From the NCBI GenBank assembly GCA_030390025.1, contig JASTWF010000070.1:1-64000 (forward strand): a stretch of DNA of 64,000 nucleotides. Reading direction: 5' to 3'. The DNA is from Squalus acanthias. Lineage: Eukaryota. Both the position numbers and the translations under genes were made by a program. Under the pieces are notes generated by a model. It ran no database searches. It worked only from the letters and a program-made list of their open reading frames with translations, and was not told where the DNA came from. Shown here one piece after another: positions 23,602 through 36,105 of the stretch (position 1 is its first letter; every line of letters begins with the position of its first letter).

Positions 23602-26600
23602 ATGGCTCCAGCGTTGCATCTTCTGTGGGCTCTGCTGATCCATTTAACAGGTGAGAGACGGATGGTTTTAGTCACGGGTTTATCCGCAACTAAATCGGTT
23701 CAATACCGAGAATCGAGCGGTTTTCTCTCCGTGTTTATTGACGTATTAACATCCTATTAGCTCCAAGTCTCTGAATGAGTTGATTTTTTTCTTTTATTGA
23801 AGGTGTCCTGGCGGCTCCCGTCCTCAATCAGTCCCCAATATCCGATCCTGTCTCCGCGGGTCTGACCGCCCGGTTACAGTGTGCGATGGAGAACGGGGCT
23901 GTGGGCAGCAAACGCGTGGAATAGTTCCGACAGCGACCCGGGGAAGCTCCGGTGTATTTGATATATCACAAGCATGATGGCACCATCTACCGAGGTACCG
24001 GCTTCACAGACCGTTTTCAACCTTCCAGCGACGCCTCCGGTAACAGTTACATTCTGACCATCGGAACCCTGGTGCCCGGTGACTCCGCCGTCTATTACTG
24101 TGCTGTCTGGGACACGGAATACAGCTTCGGACCGGGGACCGTCTTGAGTATAAAGAGTAAGTGACTCTCTCATTCTATCATTTACATTGTTTCAATTATT
24201 ATTAATTTACAGTCGCTTTCATTCCCGGGCGCCAGAGAAATCTCGATTCAGTGAATTTTGATGTTGGATCTATTTATACCCAAAAAATGTTAAACTTGTC
24301 AGAATTGGAATTGTTGAAGCGCCTCGTGGAATAATACTGCGCTGAAATGAAGTTTGACACCATTTCCTGCTCCCATTCAATAGGGGAGATGAGGAGAAGT
24401 GTTCTTTTTACGCAGCGAGTTGTTGTGATCTGGAACGCGCTGCCTGAAAGGGCGGTGGAAGCAGATTGAATAGTGACTTTCAAAAGTGAATTGGATAAAT
24501 ACTTGAAAAGGATAAATGCAGAGCTTTAGGGAAAGAGCAGGGCAGTGGGAATAATTGGATAGCTCTATTCAAAGAGCCGGCACTGGCACGATGGGCTGAA
24601 TGTCCTCATCGGAGAACTGATTGATAAAATAGTGACAGAGGAACAGGAGGAGGCCATTCAGCCACTCGAGCCTGTGTGAAAAAGTGCTTACCTCCTCAAT
24701 GGCCGGGCTCTAATTTTAAGTTGATGTCCCCTGGTTCATGATTCCCCGACCGGAGTAAATCGTTTCTCTGTGTTGACCCGATCGAATCCTTTTTCACATT
24801 TTAAACACCTCGATCTGTATCACCTCTGAATCTTCTAACCTCAAGGGAATACAGGCCAAGTTTATGCAACCCGTCCTCGTAATTTAACCCTCTAAGCGGC
24901 GGTAGCATTCGGGTGCGGCAAGAGAGAGAGACAGAAACAGAGAGAGAGGAAAGTTCGGAGCTGCACTGTGTAGTTCTGACATTGGGCACTGAATATGTCA
25001 CTATGTTACACTGAGACTTGAACAGGAGAAAATTGCAGGGCTCTGCGGAAAGAGCAGGGGAGTGGGACTGATTGGAGAGCTCTTTCAAAGTGCCGGCACT
25101 GGCACAATGGGCCGAATGGCCTCCTTCTGTGCTGTATGATTCTATGCTGTTCCTTACTTCTTCTCGATGTGTATGTGGAATTATTCCTATTGTCCAGAGT
25201 CTGCACCGCCCGATTTTAAATAGATTGCTCGGAGCCGGCGAGAGAGTTAGCGGGGAATGCCAACCCATTTACCGCCATTTACAACTTTCAATGTTGCTGC
25301 TGGTTTTATTCCTGTGGCGTATTGTGCCCCTGACTGCAGCCGTCGGTTGTCCGGCTCTGGGCTGGGAGAGAGAGAGGACCCTCCCGAGACCCGCTGTCCC
25401 AGCACACAACCGGTTGGATCGACTCCCTGTCGCCAGCAACACCGGGACTAGTCAGGATTGTATTCATTTGCCGGGACTGGTTTTATCCCGAATTTCCTGC
25501 TGCGATATTTAATCTGTCTCAGGTCATTATTTGCAATCTCCCCGCTGTTTATAGAGCAGAACCGCCGCTTTACCTTGGAGCGGCACAATGACAATTACTG
25601 ACCAGCCCCGTGTGTGTGAGTGAGACTGGGTGATGCTTGTTGAAGGGAGCTTTCTCTCCACCTCATTCTCTCGCTGCTGACCCTCTCCCTCCCCCAGGCT
25701 GTGTCTGCTGACTCTCCCTGTCCAGTGTCCCCCCGGGGATAGCGCCGAGGTCTTTAAAATTATGAAACGTTTTGATAGAGTAGACACAGAGAGAATGTTT
25801 CCACTGGTGGGGAAGGTCAAAACTATGAGCCATCAATATAAGAGAACACCAATAAATCAAATAGGGATTTTGTTACCCAGAGAGTGGTGAGAATGTGGTA
25901 CTCACTACAACACGGATTGATTGAGGAAAATAGTATAGATTTAAGGGGAAGCTAGATAAGCACATGAGGGAGAAGGGAATAGAGGGTTATGCTGATAGAG
26001 TTAGGTGTGGACGGATGGGAGGAGGCTGGAGTGGAGCATAAACGCCGGCATGGATTGGTTGGGACGATTGACTGTTTGTGTGCTGCATATTCTGTGTAAT
26101 TCTATGTAAAGCATTTACAATATTGGTAGGCAGAGTCACTACATTAATTCCCAGCCCGTGTACAATGTCCTCTCTTTATTCAGTGAGCTCTTCAATACCC
26201 GGTAAAAGACACGGCTCAATTATCATCCCCGCAACATTTAAAGCCGATCAGTTTCTAACTCGCAATTCCACATGAATATGATTCGCAAACAAAACTTCCG
26301 GGCAGTTATGGAATGATACAGCACAGAAGGAGGCCATTCGGCCCATCGTGCCTGTGGCGGCTCTTTGAAAGGGCTGCATCAGTTTGAGATATCAGAACAT
26401 AATGTGGACTCTCGGTGAAAAGCGATTCACTGCTCCGTGATTTCACCACTTTAATGTTAACACTGAACGGATTTTAAGACAATCAAACGCTTTATTATAT
26501 TCAAGTAAAAAGCCAAAAAAACTGCAATTACAGGAAATTAAATAAAAACAGAAAATGCTGGGAATACACGGCCGGTCGGTCAGTGTCTGTAACGGGAACA

Positions 26601-27324
26601 GACAGGTTAGTGCGGTTCCGGGGGTGTAACCTGCACCTGAACTGGTCAGTTACTGATCTTTCCGCCTCACTCATGCTGACAGACCCGGTCTGTATTTCCA
26701 GCATTTTCTAGCATTTTCTGTGTTTAGTTTTCAAAAAATTCAGGAAGAATGCAATAAAGAAAGAAAGAATGAAGTACTTTTGAACCAAGTCACTTTTGTA
26801 ATGTAGGCAGATGAATTGGCAGAGGAGCAGAGGAATTAGAGATTTAAGAATTTATTGGAACTCCTGTATTAATCAGTAATTTATTTGAAAGTGAATGTTG
26901 TTCGGGGGTTCTTTGGGGTCTTTGATTTCAGATCAGAGCGTCCCACTGCTGACGGATTCCATAAACTAATGAATTTTCTCTGCCCCCACACGCAGGCAGC
27001 GAGGATCGAAGCCCCTCGGTTCTTCTCCTGCCTCCCTCCTCGGACGAAATCGGCTCGGGCTCGGCCACTCTGTCCTGCCTGGTCAGTCGCTTTAAGCCGG
27101 GCTTGGTGCGGCTCCGCTGGAGCGTGGATGGCCAAGAGACAGACAGCGGGGTGACGACAGGCGCCGTGTCCCCGGACAGCGATCAAACCTACAGCCTGAG
27201 CAGTTACCTGAGAGTCCCCGCCGCCGCCTGGAACAAGGGCTCCAGCTATTCCTGCAGCGTCAGCCACGGCTCCCTGAGCTCGCCTCTTCTCAAGACCATC
27301 AGCGCCTCTTCGTGTTCCGACTGA
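23602..27324 (+). pseudogene. Germline-joined Ig light chain, sigma-2/sigma-cart (type I) class, copy 1; exons 23602-23650 (L), 23803-24156 (VJ), 26996-27324 (C)
   Basis: MAPALHLLWALLIHLTGVLAAPVLNQSPISDPVSAG...IYRGTGFTDRFQPS...GDSAVYYCAVWDTEYSFGPGT matches elasmobranch type I light chains from recall; in-frame TAG at 23922-23924 replaces the conserved FR2 Trp; splice sites canonical; AATAAA 27624-27629. Confidence 0.88.
26996..27324 (+). CDS. Ig light-chain constant exon, copy 1 (frame intact)
   Basis: SSEDRSPSVLLLPPSSDEI...ATLSCLVSRFKPGLVRLRWSVDG...TYSLSSYLRVPAAAWNKGSSYSCSVSHGSLSSPLLKTISASSCSD*, with C-terminal H-L bond Cys. Confidence 0.93.
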
Positions 27325-27699
27325 GGCGGTGCGAGTTGGCAGTGGTGTTTGATTTTTGCTCGTGTTTAATGTAATGAAACAGATCATTCGATGTGTGCAA
27401 TCAACGTTTTTTGCAATGTAATCGCTGTAGCAATTTCAGTTGTTAGCAAACAAGCTGAATGTTTAATGATATCAGAAGAGAACAAAATGATTGTGAGATG
27501 GAACTTTCTGTACAATTGTCCCCAATTTCTTGTGTGTAAACTTTCGCTGTGTGTAGAATGTGGACAGATTTCCCCTTAGTCTGTGATCATATTGTGATTG
27601 GCAACTTGTGTATCACAGCTCTTAATAAACATGAAATGCTGCCACGAGCCTAAAACGGTCCGTCTTTACTCAGCACTTAAAGGGACATTGAGTGGATTA

Positions 27700-28905
27700 C
27701 ATAGAATGTACAGCACAAACAGAATATTCAGTCAAATCAGTCTATGTCGGTGTTTATGCTCCACACGAACCTCCTCCCACCCCTATTTCATCTCACTCCA
27801 TCAACATATCCTTCTATTCCTTTCTCCCTCATGTACTCATCGAGCTTCCCCTGAAATGCTTCTCTGCTATTCGACTCAGCTACTCCATATGGTAGCGTGT
27901 TCCACATTCTCAGCACTCTCTGGGTAAAAAGATTGCTCCTGTATTCCCTATTGGATTTCTTAATTTTAAGGTTATGCTTCCTTGTTCTTGACGTCCCCCC
28001 ACCGGAGGAGTGGTTTTATCTCTGTCTACCCTATCAATCCCTCACAAAATCCTAAAAACCTCAATCAAATCACCCCTTATCATTACATATTCCAGCCAAT
28101 ACAAGCCTAGTTTATCTGATCTCTCCTCGTAATGTAAACCTTGGATCCCTGGTATCATTCCGGTGAATCTGCGCTGAACTCCCTCCAGTATATTCTTTCT
28201 GATATGGTGTGTCCAGAACCTGTACACAGTGCTCCAGATACTGGATTATTTAAGTAGGGTGGGAGAGAGAAACCAGGCCACTACCGGACTGTCAGTTTAA
28301 CGTCAGTTGTGGGGAAGTTAACATAATCTGTCATTAAGGATAGAGTGACTGATCACTTCTGCAAATATGAGCTGATCAGAGCGGGCCAACATGGCTTTCT
28401 TAAAGGTAAATCATGTCTGACTAATGTAGTTGCATTTCTTGAGGAGGTCACTAATCAGATAGAGAAAAGAGTGTCTATGGATGTTATCTATATGGACTCC
28501 CAGAAGGCATTCAATAAGGTTCTACATTAAAGATTATTGGACAAGTTGAGACCCCATGGAATTGGGGGGAGCCTTTTGATTTGGGTTGGAGTTTGGATGG
28601 GAAGTAAGAGAGAGAGAGTCGGGATAAAGAGTAGGTACTCAGATTGGCGGGATGTGACAAGTGGTGTTCCCCAGGGATCTGTTCTGGGGCCTCAATCTTT
28701 CCACCGCATATATTAATGAGTTGGATGAAGGAATAGGGAGTTGTATATCCACGTTTGCAGGTGGTGTTAAATTAGGAGGCACAGTAACTTGTGTAGATGG
28801 GAGCAACAATTTGGAAGGGGATATGTACAGGCAGTGAGTGGAGTGAAATATGACAGATGTCGCTCAATGTGGGGGAGTGTGAGGTAATCCACTGTGGACC
28901 TACTC
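27700..28905. mobile_element. Mosaic of CR1 LINE fragments in both orientations
   Basis: ORF 28042-28227 (minus) RT C-terminus; ORF 28345-28530 (plus) QHGFLKGKSCLTN...QKAFNKV. Confidence 0.8.
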
Positions 28906-29674
28906 CTGTTCCTGTGCTCCTAGATCAGCAAGTGAAGATTCTGAATTTGGTTAATCATACACGTGAAATGTCCAGAGAACACTGGACAGAGAGTGTCGCC
29001 AATGAGCATGTGGAAGGCTGGTGGGGGAGGCGAGTTTACCTATTAATCCTGCGTGCGTACGTAAATAATCACACGTAATATGAACGTGATGACGGCCGAG
29101 CACTGTGCTTACCTTGCATAATTAAATAGCTGCGTTTGTGAGTACAATTGAGATCATTCTCATAGCACTGGAGGTGCTATGTTTCTATAAGTGTATTGAT
29201 AAATAAAGATTATTAATCTCTCAGTATCTTGAGTCCACCAGTATATATTACAGTGAAGGATAAGGATTATTCTGACGCCACACATCTCGTGGCTGTTTGA
29301 TTTCCAAACCTTAAGCTTCTGTAGATCGGTGCTGAGAACCCATGTGTCACTTTGGCGCCCTAGCTTCAAAAGTGAAATTATTCCATTGCAGGCCATTCAT
29401 TAAAAAGCGCCAGGCATCATTCCGGGATTAGATTACGAAAGAGATTGCTAAAACTCAGTCTGGTTCCGTTGCTCAATCAAGTATTGAAAGGGGACATCAT
29501 CCAGGTCGGAAAAGCACAGATAATGAAGTTATGGTCAGGGTCTTTGGGATGGGCTGTGAACGAGGAACTGAAGGATAGCATAGGAACTACACGCGGGGCA
29601 GCAAAAGAGGAACAATGAACAATTCCCACACAGTATCGTAGATCGGTGTCAAAGACTCCCTGTGGTGACACTTA

Positions 29675-31386
29675 GACCGCGATTTCCCCTAACTGGGCGA
29701 GTCCGTGGCGGGCGAGGTCGTTGGCGGGTCCCGGTCTCGCTGCTGGCTGCATCGCGGCCTCCGACATGACTTTCTTCTGATTGGACTTGTTGAGCCCCCG
29801 CATCGAGTTTCCCGGCCAATTGAAGGAAGCGGGCCTGATGACGTCATTTCATGGCGCGTCATCAGCCGGTTTTATTAAAGGTACCATGCACAAATTTAGT
29901 TTGACATTTGAGCTGTTCCTCTTCTGCAGAATTGAAGTGCGGCAAACATTGACAAGCACTTCACAGAGTTGCACGGTCGCACCCAAGCTCTCCCATGACT
30001 CCCTCCAGAGCACGTAGGAAAACTCTTTTCCCTTCCAAAGAGACCTCCCCAGGAGACCAACGCAGCCTGGTTGCACATTGCACAGGAGGACACAAGCAGG
30101 GATATCATCAGGAGGACCAGGCTTCAGTGTCGCAAACCTTTCAATGATCTCAGTAGAACACGAAACGTAATGCAAAGACACACTCAACCTCATCCTGCTG
30201 TGCCACTCATCACATCCCCATCACTCTGTCTTCCCTGTCCTACTCCTGCACAGGCTTACTCACACCAACTAACCTTGCACCTCTACCCATCACTCTCTAT
30301 CTACATTATCACTTCCACATCTCACTAGCCACCCCTCACACTCACCCTAATCCTAGTCCAATCATACCAACTAACAACACATCAGGGTTTTGTGTTTTAG
30401 CCAATGTTCATTTGACATTTCTGCTAATGTGCTATCGACAGCTTGGTGTGCTATTTTGGAAGTGGCTTAGTGAGTTGCAGTGAATGGTAAAACATAATCG
30501 TACCCCCACCCCCGCAATGCTGATGAGTGGGAAAGGAATGGCTTGGGCATTGTAGGGATGCTTTACGTTGTTGGTGTGGGGTAGTGCCACCTGGAGCATC
30601 ATGTGGCAGCCAGGGTGTGGAGCGTCAAGTGAAGTAAACCTGGCCACGATGAGCCCATCCCTGGCGTCCCGGGCAGCAATGTGGTTGGGTGCTGATGCCC
30701 GCTGTCCTGTGCAGCATCAGGTGATTGCGGAGGAGGTTGGTGTGGTTGTTGATGCTGCTGTTGTGCCTGGTGATGCTGGTGTTGCGGCTGAACGTGCTCG
30801 CATTCTGAGGACCAAGGTGAGAGAATATAAACGGTACCCATGCAGATGGAATAGATGGCAGGTGAACTTGAGTTGAGAGAAGGAATCTGTCAATGGTGAC
30901 AGCAGTCGTTCCAATGAGGTGACGCAGGGCAGAGAGTTTGCTCCAAACACTTGCAAACTGCGTAAAGCTCAATCTCGCTTCCAAATGCAGTAAGCAATAG
31001 CTTTTGAGCTTGGAAAGTGAACAGCTGTGAGAAGGGAGCTTTTAAGCACATTTCCAGATGTCAAGTAATGAGATGATTCCATGACCATTCAACTCACGCC
31101 CAGCTTAACAGATGTAATCCCCAGTAGCCTGGGCCCCGTTGGCGAGCTGGTAAATTCTAAAGGTGAGCTCAAAATTGTTGTTACTCCGCTGTTAACAAGG
31201 TCATAAAGGCCTGAATTGCCTCCCCCGCCGCTGCGTGTCGGGTCTGTTCAGCGCTGACAGACCCGGCATCAGGTAAAGGCGCGTGGTGGCGGGTTGACAG
31301 CGGGGTCCCGACCACTGTAAAAAAACACACTTTCCCACCTGACCCGCCACCGATCCCGCCCACTGAAAAGATGGAAAATCCCCCCC
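29675..31386. mobile_element. Internally deleted PIF/Harbinger-like DNA transposon
   Basis: Plus-strand Myb/SANT-like remnant AWLHIAQEDTSRDIIRRTRLQCRKPFNDL (about 30060-30150); convergent minus-strand remnant ending AARDARDGLIVARF (about 30635-30685); imperfect inverted ends; boundaries approximate. Confidence 0.6.
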
Positions 31387-32489
31387 GAAGATTGCAGTTA
31401 GACTTTAGGTTGGTGTCGGTTAGTACAGACCGAGCTGGAGTTTTCCGTGGTGATAGCGGGCCAGATCGGTGGGGGATCGGGTGGGGATGTTGATATTTTT
31501 GTCAGCGTGTCAGGATCCCGCCGTCATCTCGCGCCCATGCCCCTTAGTGCAACGACAGCACGATGTGAGATTAAACTTCAACTGTGATGTGGCCATGGTC
31601 CCTTTAAAGATCTTTGCTGAAAACGCGTCATGAATGACGTCACCAGACCCGCTCCATCTCATTGGGCCTGGTAATGCGCTGGGCGGGCTTAATAGGCCCC
31701 ATTGAGGTAAGTTAATTATCCACAGCTTGATGGAGCCAGCAGCGGCGTCGCGACCCGCCTTGGCCACCGCTCACACCGGACCCGCCCAGCTAAGCAAAGA
31801 TCTGGCATTGACTCCAAAGCGAAAGGACAATCCTGGAGGTGTGAATTCGGCGAAATGACACTCCTGTCACTTAAAGTGCTCCACTTTTTCGACTACCTCG
31901 CAGATTTCTGAACATTTCAAATTTTTACTGTTGGGAGTGAAACTGCGTGGATCCCAATCTGTCCCGCGCCCTTCTCTAAACCTCTCCGCCTCACTCTTCA
32001 CCTTTAAGACCCTCCTTAAAACCCACCTCTCTGAGCAAGCTTTTGGTCACCTGTCCTAATATCACCTTATGTGGCTCGGTGTCAAATTTTGTTTGTTAAG
32101 CGCTCCTGTGAAGCACCTTGGGGCGTTTTACTACGTTAAATGCGCTATATAAATGCAACTTGCTGTTGATGCTATGTAACCTACATAAAGTGAGCTTAGA
32201 ATACGTTATTGATCCAGCAATTCATTCCTGAACCCTAGATGACCTGGGAACTGTATTGGAGGATTGGCTGGGAATAAGATGGGCGGGAGAGAGTGGGGGG
32301 TTAAATATAAAAAATGGGGCAACGCCACACCAGCCCACCGTAAAAAGCTCCTGCCGCCATATTTAAGCTCTCAGGCGGGAAACCTCATTATAATATTTAA
32401 ATCAGTTTCCCACAGTGCAGTTGGGAGCCTAACTTATGTTTAACGGCTGCGAGCCGGGATTCCCGGAGCTCAGGAAATCCAGTATCGAA

Positions 32490-32815
32490 ATCTTCCCTTA
32501 ACCTTCCATGCTCTAAGGTGAACAATCCCAGCCTCTCCAGTCTCTCCACATAAGTGAAGTCACGCATCTCTGGTACCATTCTAGTAAATCTCCTATGCAC
32601 CCTCCCCAAGGTCTTGACATCCTTCTTAAAGTGTGCTGCTCAGAAATGGCCACAATACTCCAGCTGAGGCCTAACCAGTGTTTATAAAGGTTTAGCATAA
32701 CGTGCTTGCTTTTGTTACCTATGCCTCTATTTTAAGAGTCTTCTCAACTTGTCCGGCGACCTTCAAAGATTTGTGTCCCTGAACCCCAGGTCTCTCTGCT
32801 CCTGCACCCACTTCA
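32490..32815 (-). mobile_element. CR1-type LINE fragment
   Basis: RRFTRMVPEMRDFTYVERLERLGLFTLE in ORF 32397-32609. Confidence 0.8.
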
Positions 32816-33384
32816 CTAACTGAAATGGAGCTATAAACCCTGTCAACATGTTTCCAGAAAGGCGCACTTTACTAGTAATAATTAATAATTCTTCACGTTT
32901 CCTGCTTTCCATATTAATCTCCGGTTGTGATAATTTATAAATGCCAACTTCCTCATTGCTATATTTCTCCTGCATAATTTACTTCTATGTGAGTAGATGC
33001 GATGTGTGCAGCTGTATTATGGAATTAGGTAACATGCTAAATACTGTAAAAAAAACTAATAGCTCCTCTGGGTAACACACACATATGTAACAGTAACCTA
33101 TTTTACGCACATTATTTGTATTGTGTAACTATCACTGCATTTTGCTGGATAAATGACCCAGTTTTTACCGGGAGAGGTTGCTATAGCTTCGGTCATGAGT
33201 TCTGTTTGCTGTAGTTCTAAGCGACTCTTTTTAAATAGACTCTGTAGACTGTTTGGTGTAATGCGCTGTTTAAATAGAATCTGTTTGCTGTGTAAATAGA
33301 GTTTGTTTGCTGTAAGATAGACTGTTTGTTGTGAGTCCTGTCTAAAGCCGCGTCCTGTATCCTACAGCAAGAGCAAAAAACAAC

Positions 33385-33830
33385 TTGTATTTATATAGCC
33401 CATTTAACGACCACTGGACATCCGAACGGGCTTTACAGCCAATTAATTACTTTTTGAAGTGTAGTCACTTTTGCAATGTAGCAATTGCGGTAGCCAATTT
33501 GCGCAGAGCAAGCTCCCACAAACAGCAATGTGATAATGCCCAAATCATCTGTTTTAATGATATTGATTGAGTGATAAATATTGGCCTCAGGACACCGGGG
33601 AGGAGTCCCCTGCTCTTCTTCGAAAAAGTGGCTGTGGGTTCCTGTACATCCACGGCACCTCGGTTTAACGTTTAATCTGAAAGACGGCACCTCCGACAGT
33701 GCAGCGCTCCCTCAGTACAGCACCGGGAGTGTCAGCATAGATGTTTGTGCTCGAGTCTCACGGAGTGAGGAATTGAACTCCCAACTCTCTTGACTCAGAG
33801 GCGAGGGTGCGACCCTCTGAGCCACAGCGT
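33385..33830 (-). mobile_element. Deu-domain SINE copy
   Basis: Core and head as in the other copies. Confidence 0.7.
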
Positions 33831-33899
33831 CAACGGATCACTTTTAACGCCATAAAACCTCACAAAGTGCATCACAAGAACGTCATCTAATAGGACAAT

Positions 33900-34730
33900 A
33901 AACCACATAAGGAGACATTAGGACAGGTGAACAAAAGCTTGGTCAAGGAGGAAGGTTTTAAGGAGCGTCTTAAAGGGGGAAAGGCAGGTAGAGAGGGGGA
34001 GACGTTTAGGGGGGTAATTCCAGACCTTAGGGCCTTGGCAACTGGAAACTCGGCCGCCAATGGTGGGGCAATTAAAATCAGGGAGAATTGGAGGAGTGCA
34101 GAGATTTCTGAGGGTTGTAGGGCTGGAGGAGGTTACCGAGCTAGGGAGGGGGGCGAGATCAAGGAGGGATTTGAAAACAAAGACCAGATTTTTAAAATCG
34201 AGAAGTTGCTTATCGGTGGGCCAATGTAGGTCAGTCAGCACAGGAGTGATGGGTGAAGGGGAGTTGGTACGAGTTCAGTCACGGGCAGCAGAGTTTTGAA
34301 TGACCTCAGGTTTACGGAGTGAAGAAAGTAGGAGGAGTCCCAAGAGTGCATTGGAATAGTCACGTCCAGAGATAACAAAAGCACGGATGAGGCTTTCAGC
34401 AGCAGGTGAGCTGACCTGGGGCGGAGTCGGGCGATGTTATGGAGGTGGAAATATGCTGTCTTAGTGATGGCACAGATATGTGGTCGGAAGCTCAGCTCAG
34501 ATATGACATCAAGTTTGCGAAATGTCTGGTTCAGCCTCAGAGATTTACCAAGGAGACGGATAGGGTCAGTGGTGAGCGACAGCAATTTGTGGCGGAGACC
34601 AAAGGCAATGGCTTTGGTAATCCCAATATTTAGTTGGAGGACATTTCTGCTCATCCAGTGCTGGATGCTGGACAAGCAGTGTGGTAATTTAGAGAGATTG
34701 GAGGGGTGGAGGAGGTGGTGGTGATATAGA
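33900..34730 (-). mobile_element. L2-type LINE 3' fragment (counterpart of 19150-20020)
   Basis: SIQHWMSRNVLQLNIGITK...RPHICAITKTAYFHLHNIARLRP in ORF 34235-34831. Confidence 0.85.
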
Positions 34731-36097
34731 GCTGACACAGTGGTGTCAATAGACACGCTGATCTTGGCTATTGCCCAATGTGGAACTACAGTTCCCAAGG
34801 TGCAGTGCGCGGTGTGGCCAGTGCTCTGCAATGATTGGTTCTCCAGTCAGCCGTGTCAGTGTCAGCAGTGACAATGCTCTGGGGACCTTTGCAAGGTTGA
34901 GAGAGCAGCTCCAGTCACAGCACCAAAGCCCCTTTAATAATATTAACCGACCAGAGGAATCAGTGATCAGTTCAAGCGCAGAAACAGAACCAAGCACCTG
35001 GGCTTCACCGAAAAGCCCCTTGTCCTGGTGAGGACCAATCCCTGCCTGAATTCAGTGCCGGCTACTCCAGGGGGCGAGAATTCCTCCGGCCGCTCTGTGT
35101 GTTTTTCTAAGAAACAGAGGAATACCTAACTTCACAGTTATACAATTCAGATATTTAATAAACAAAAAATATTATTCCTTTGACGCTAATATCTCGAGAC
35201 AACCCAATTATTAACAAATTGCTACTTGTTTCTTTCGCCCTCAAGTAACTGACACCAACCAGTTTCAATCTGACTTTTAAAAGCATGAACCAAGACTCAG
35301 TGTGGGGAGTTAGGGATTGACTCCAAACAGGGGAAATGTTCAACATCACAGAGCCCCAGAAACAACTGACCGCGCCGCTTAATAATTCAACTGGAACAGG
35401 GTTTAATACGGGAACTGCGCGCATTAATGGGCCCGCAGCAAATAAAAGGCGAGGTGTCATTTTATTAATATTGTGCCGAGTTTTCTTTGTCCTCCTGAGT
35501 TTTAAAGGGGATGACTCAGACTATAATTGAACAACTTCTCTTTAATCCGGGGCAGTGTGCAAAATGCCGCTTTCTTCCCCTCTTTCTCATTCATCTAATT
35601 AGCTCTTTACTGCGCCTCAGGAATATTCTCATCAGAAATATATTTACATACTGAATCCCAAATCATATTTCTCAATTGAAACCTCAATTTTAAAGGGATT
35701 GACAAATCCGGGGTTGTCTTGCTGCTGATTTAGAGAAGTGGGCGTCAGTCTATTATGAAATATGTATTTTAGGGGGAAAAGATTATTTTAAAATCTGATG
35801 CAGTATATCGGAGAGTAACAGCGCGTTATCAGAACGATTCCGGCCGAAGTGTATCAGCTGAACCGTATCTCTACAATCCACCCCTCATTTTTCTGGGGTA
35901 GAACACAGCCTAAATATTCATTATCGGAAAATTCTTCGGAATCTTGGTACCTTCCCTGAACAGAAACTCCAATTAGCGTTTAAACATTTGTATATTAAAT
36001 GTTTAAGTTTGTAATAAATTAATCAGGCACAAATAGATTTAAATAAAAATCCCGAATTAAAAATCTGCCTCATTCCTTTTCCTGGCTCCTCCCAGCT

Positions 36098-36105
36098 ATT
36101 TGCAT
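36098..36105 (+). promoter_or_regulatory. Ig light-chain promoter octamer ATTTGCAT
   Basis: Perfect octamer plus TAATAAAT, same spacing to ATG 36237 as in copy 1. Confidence 0.85.

Larger units (their letters stand above)
18890..27720. repeat. Tandem duplication unit 1 carrying an Ig light-chain cluster
   Basis: Colinear with about 33175-40780 through upstream region, leader, VJ, J-C intron, C exon and 3' flank. Confidence 0.88.
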
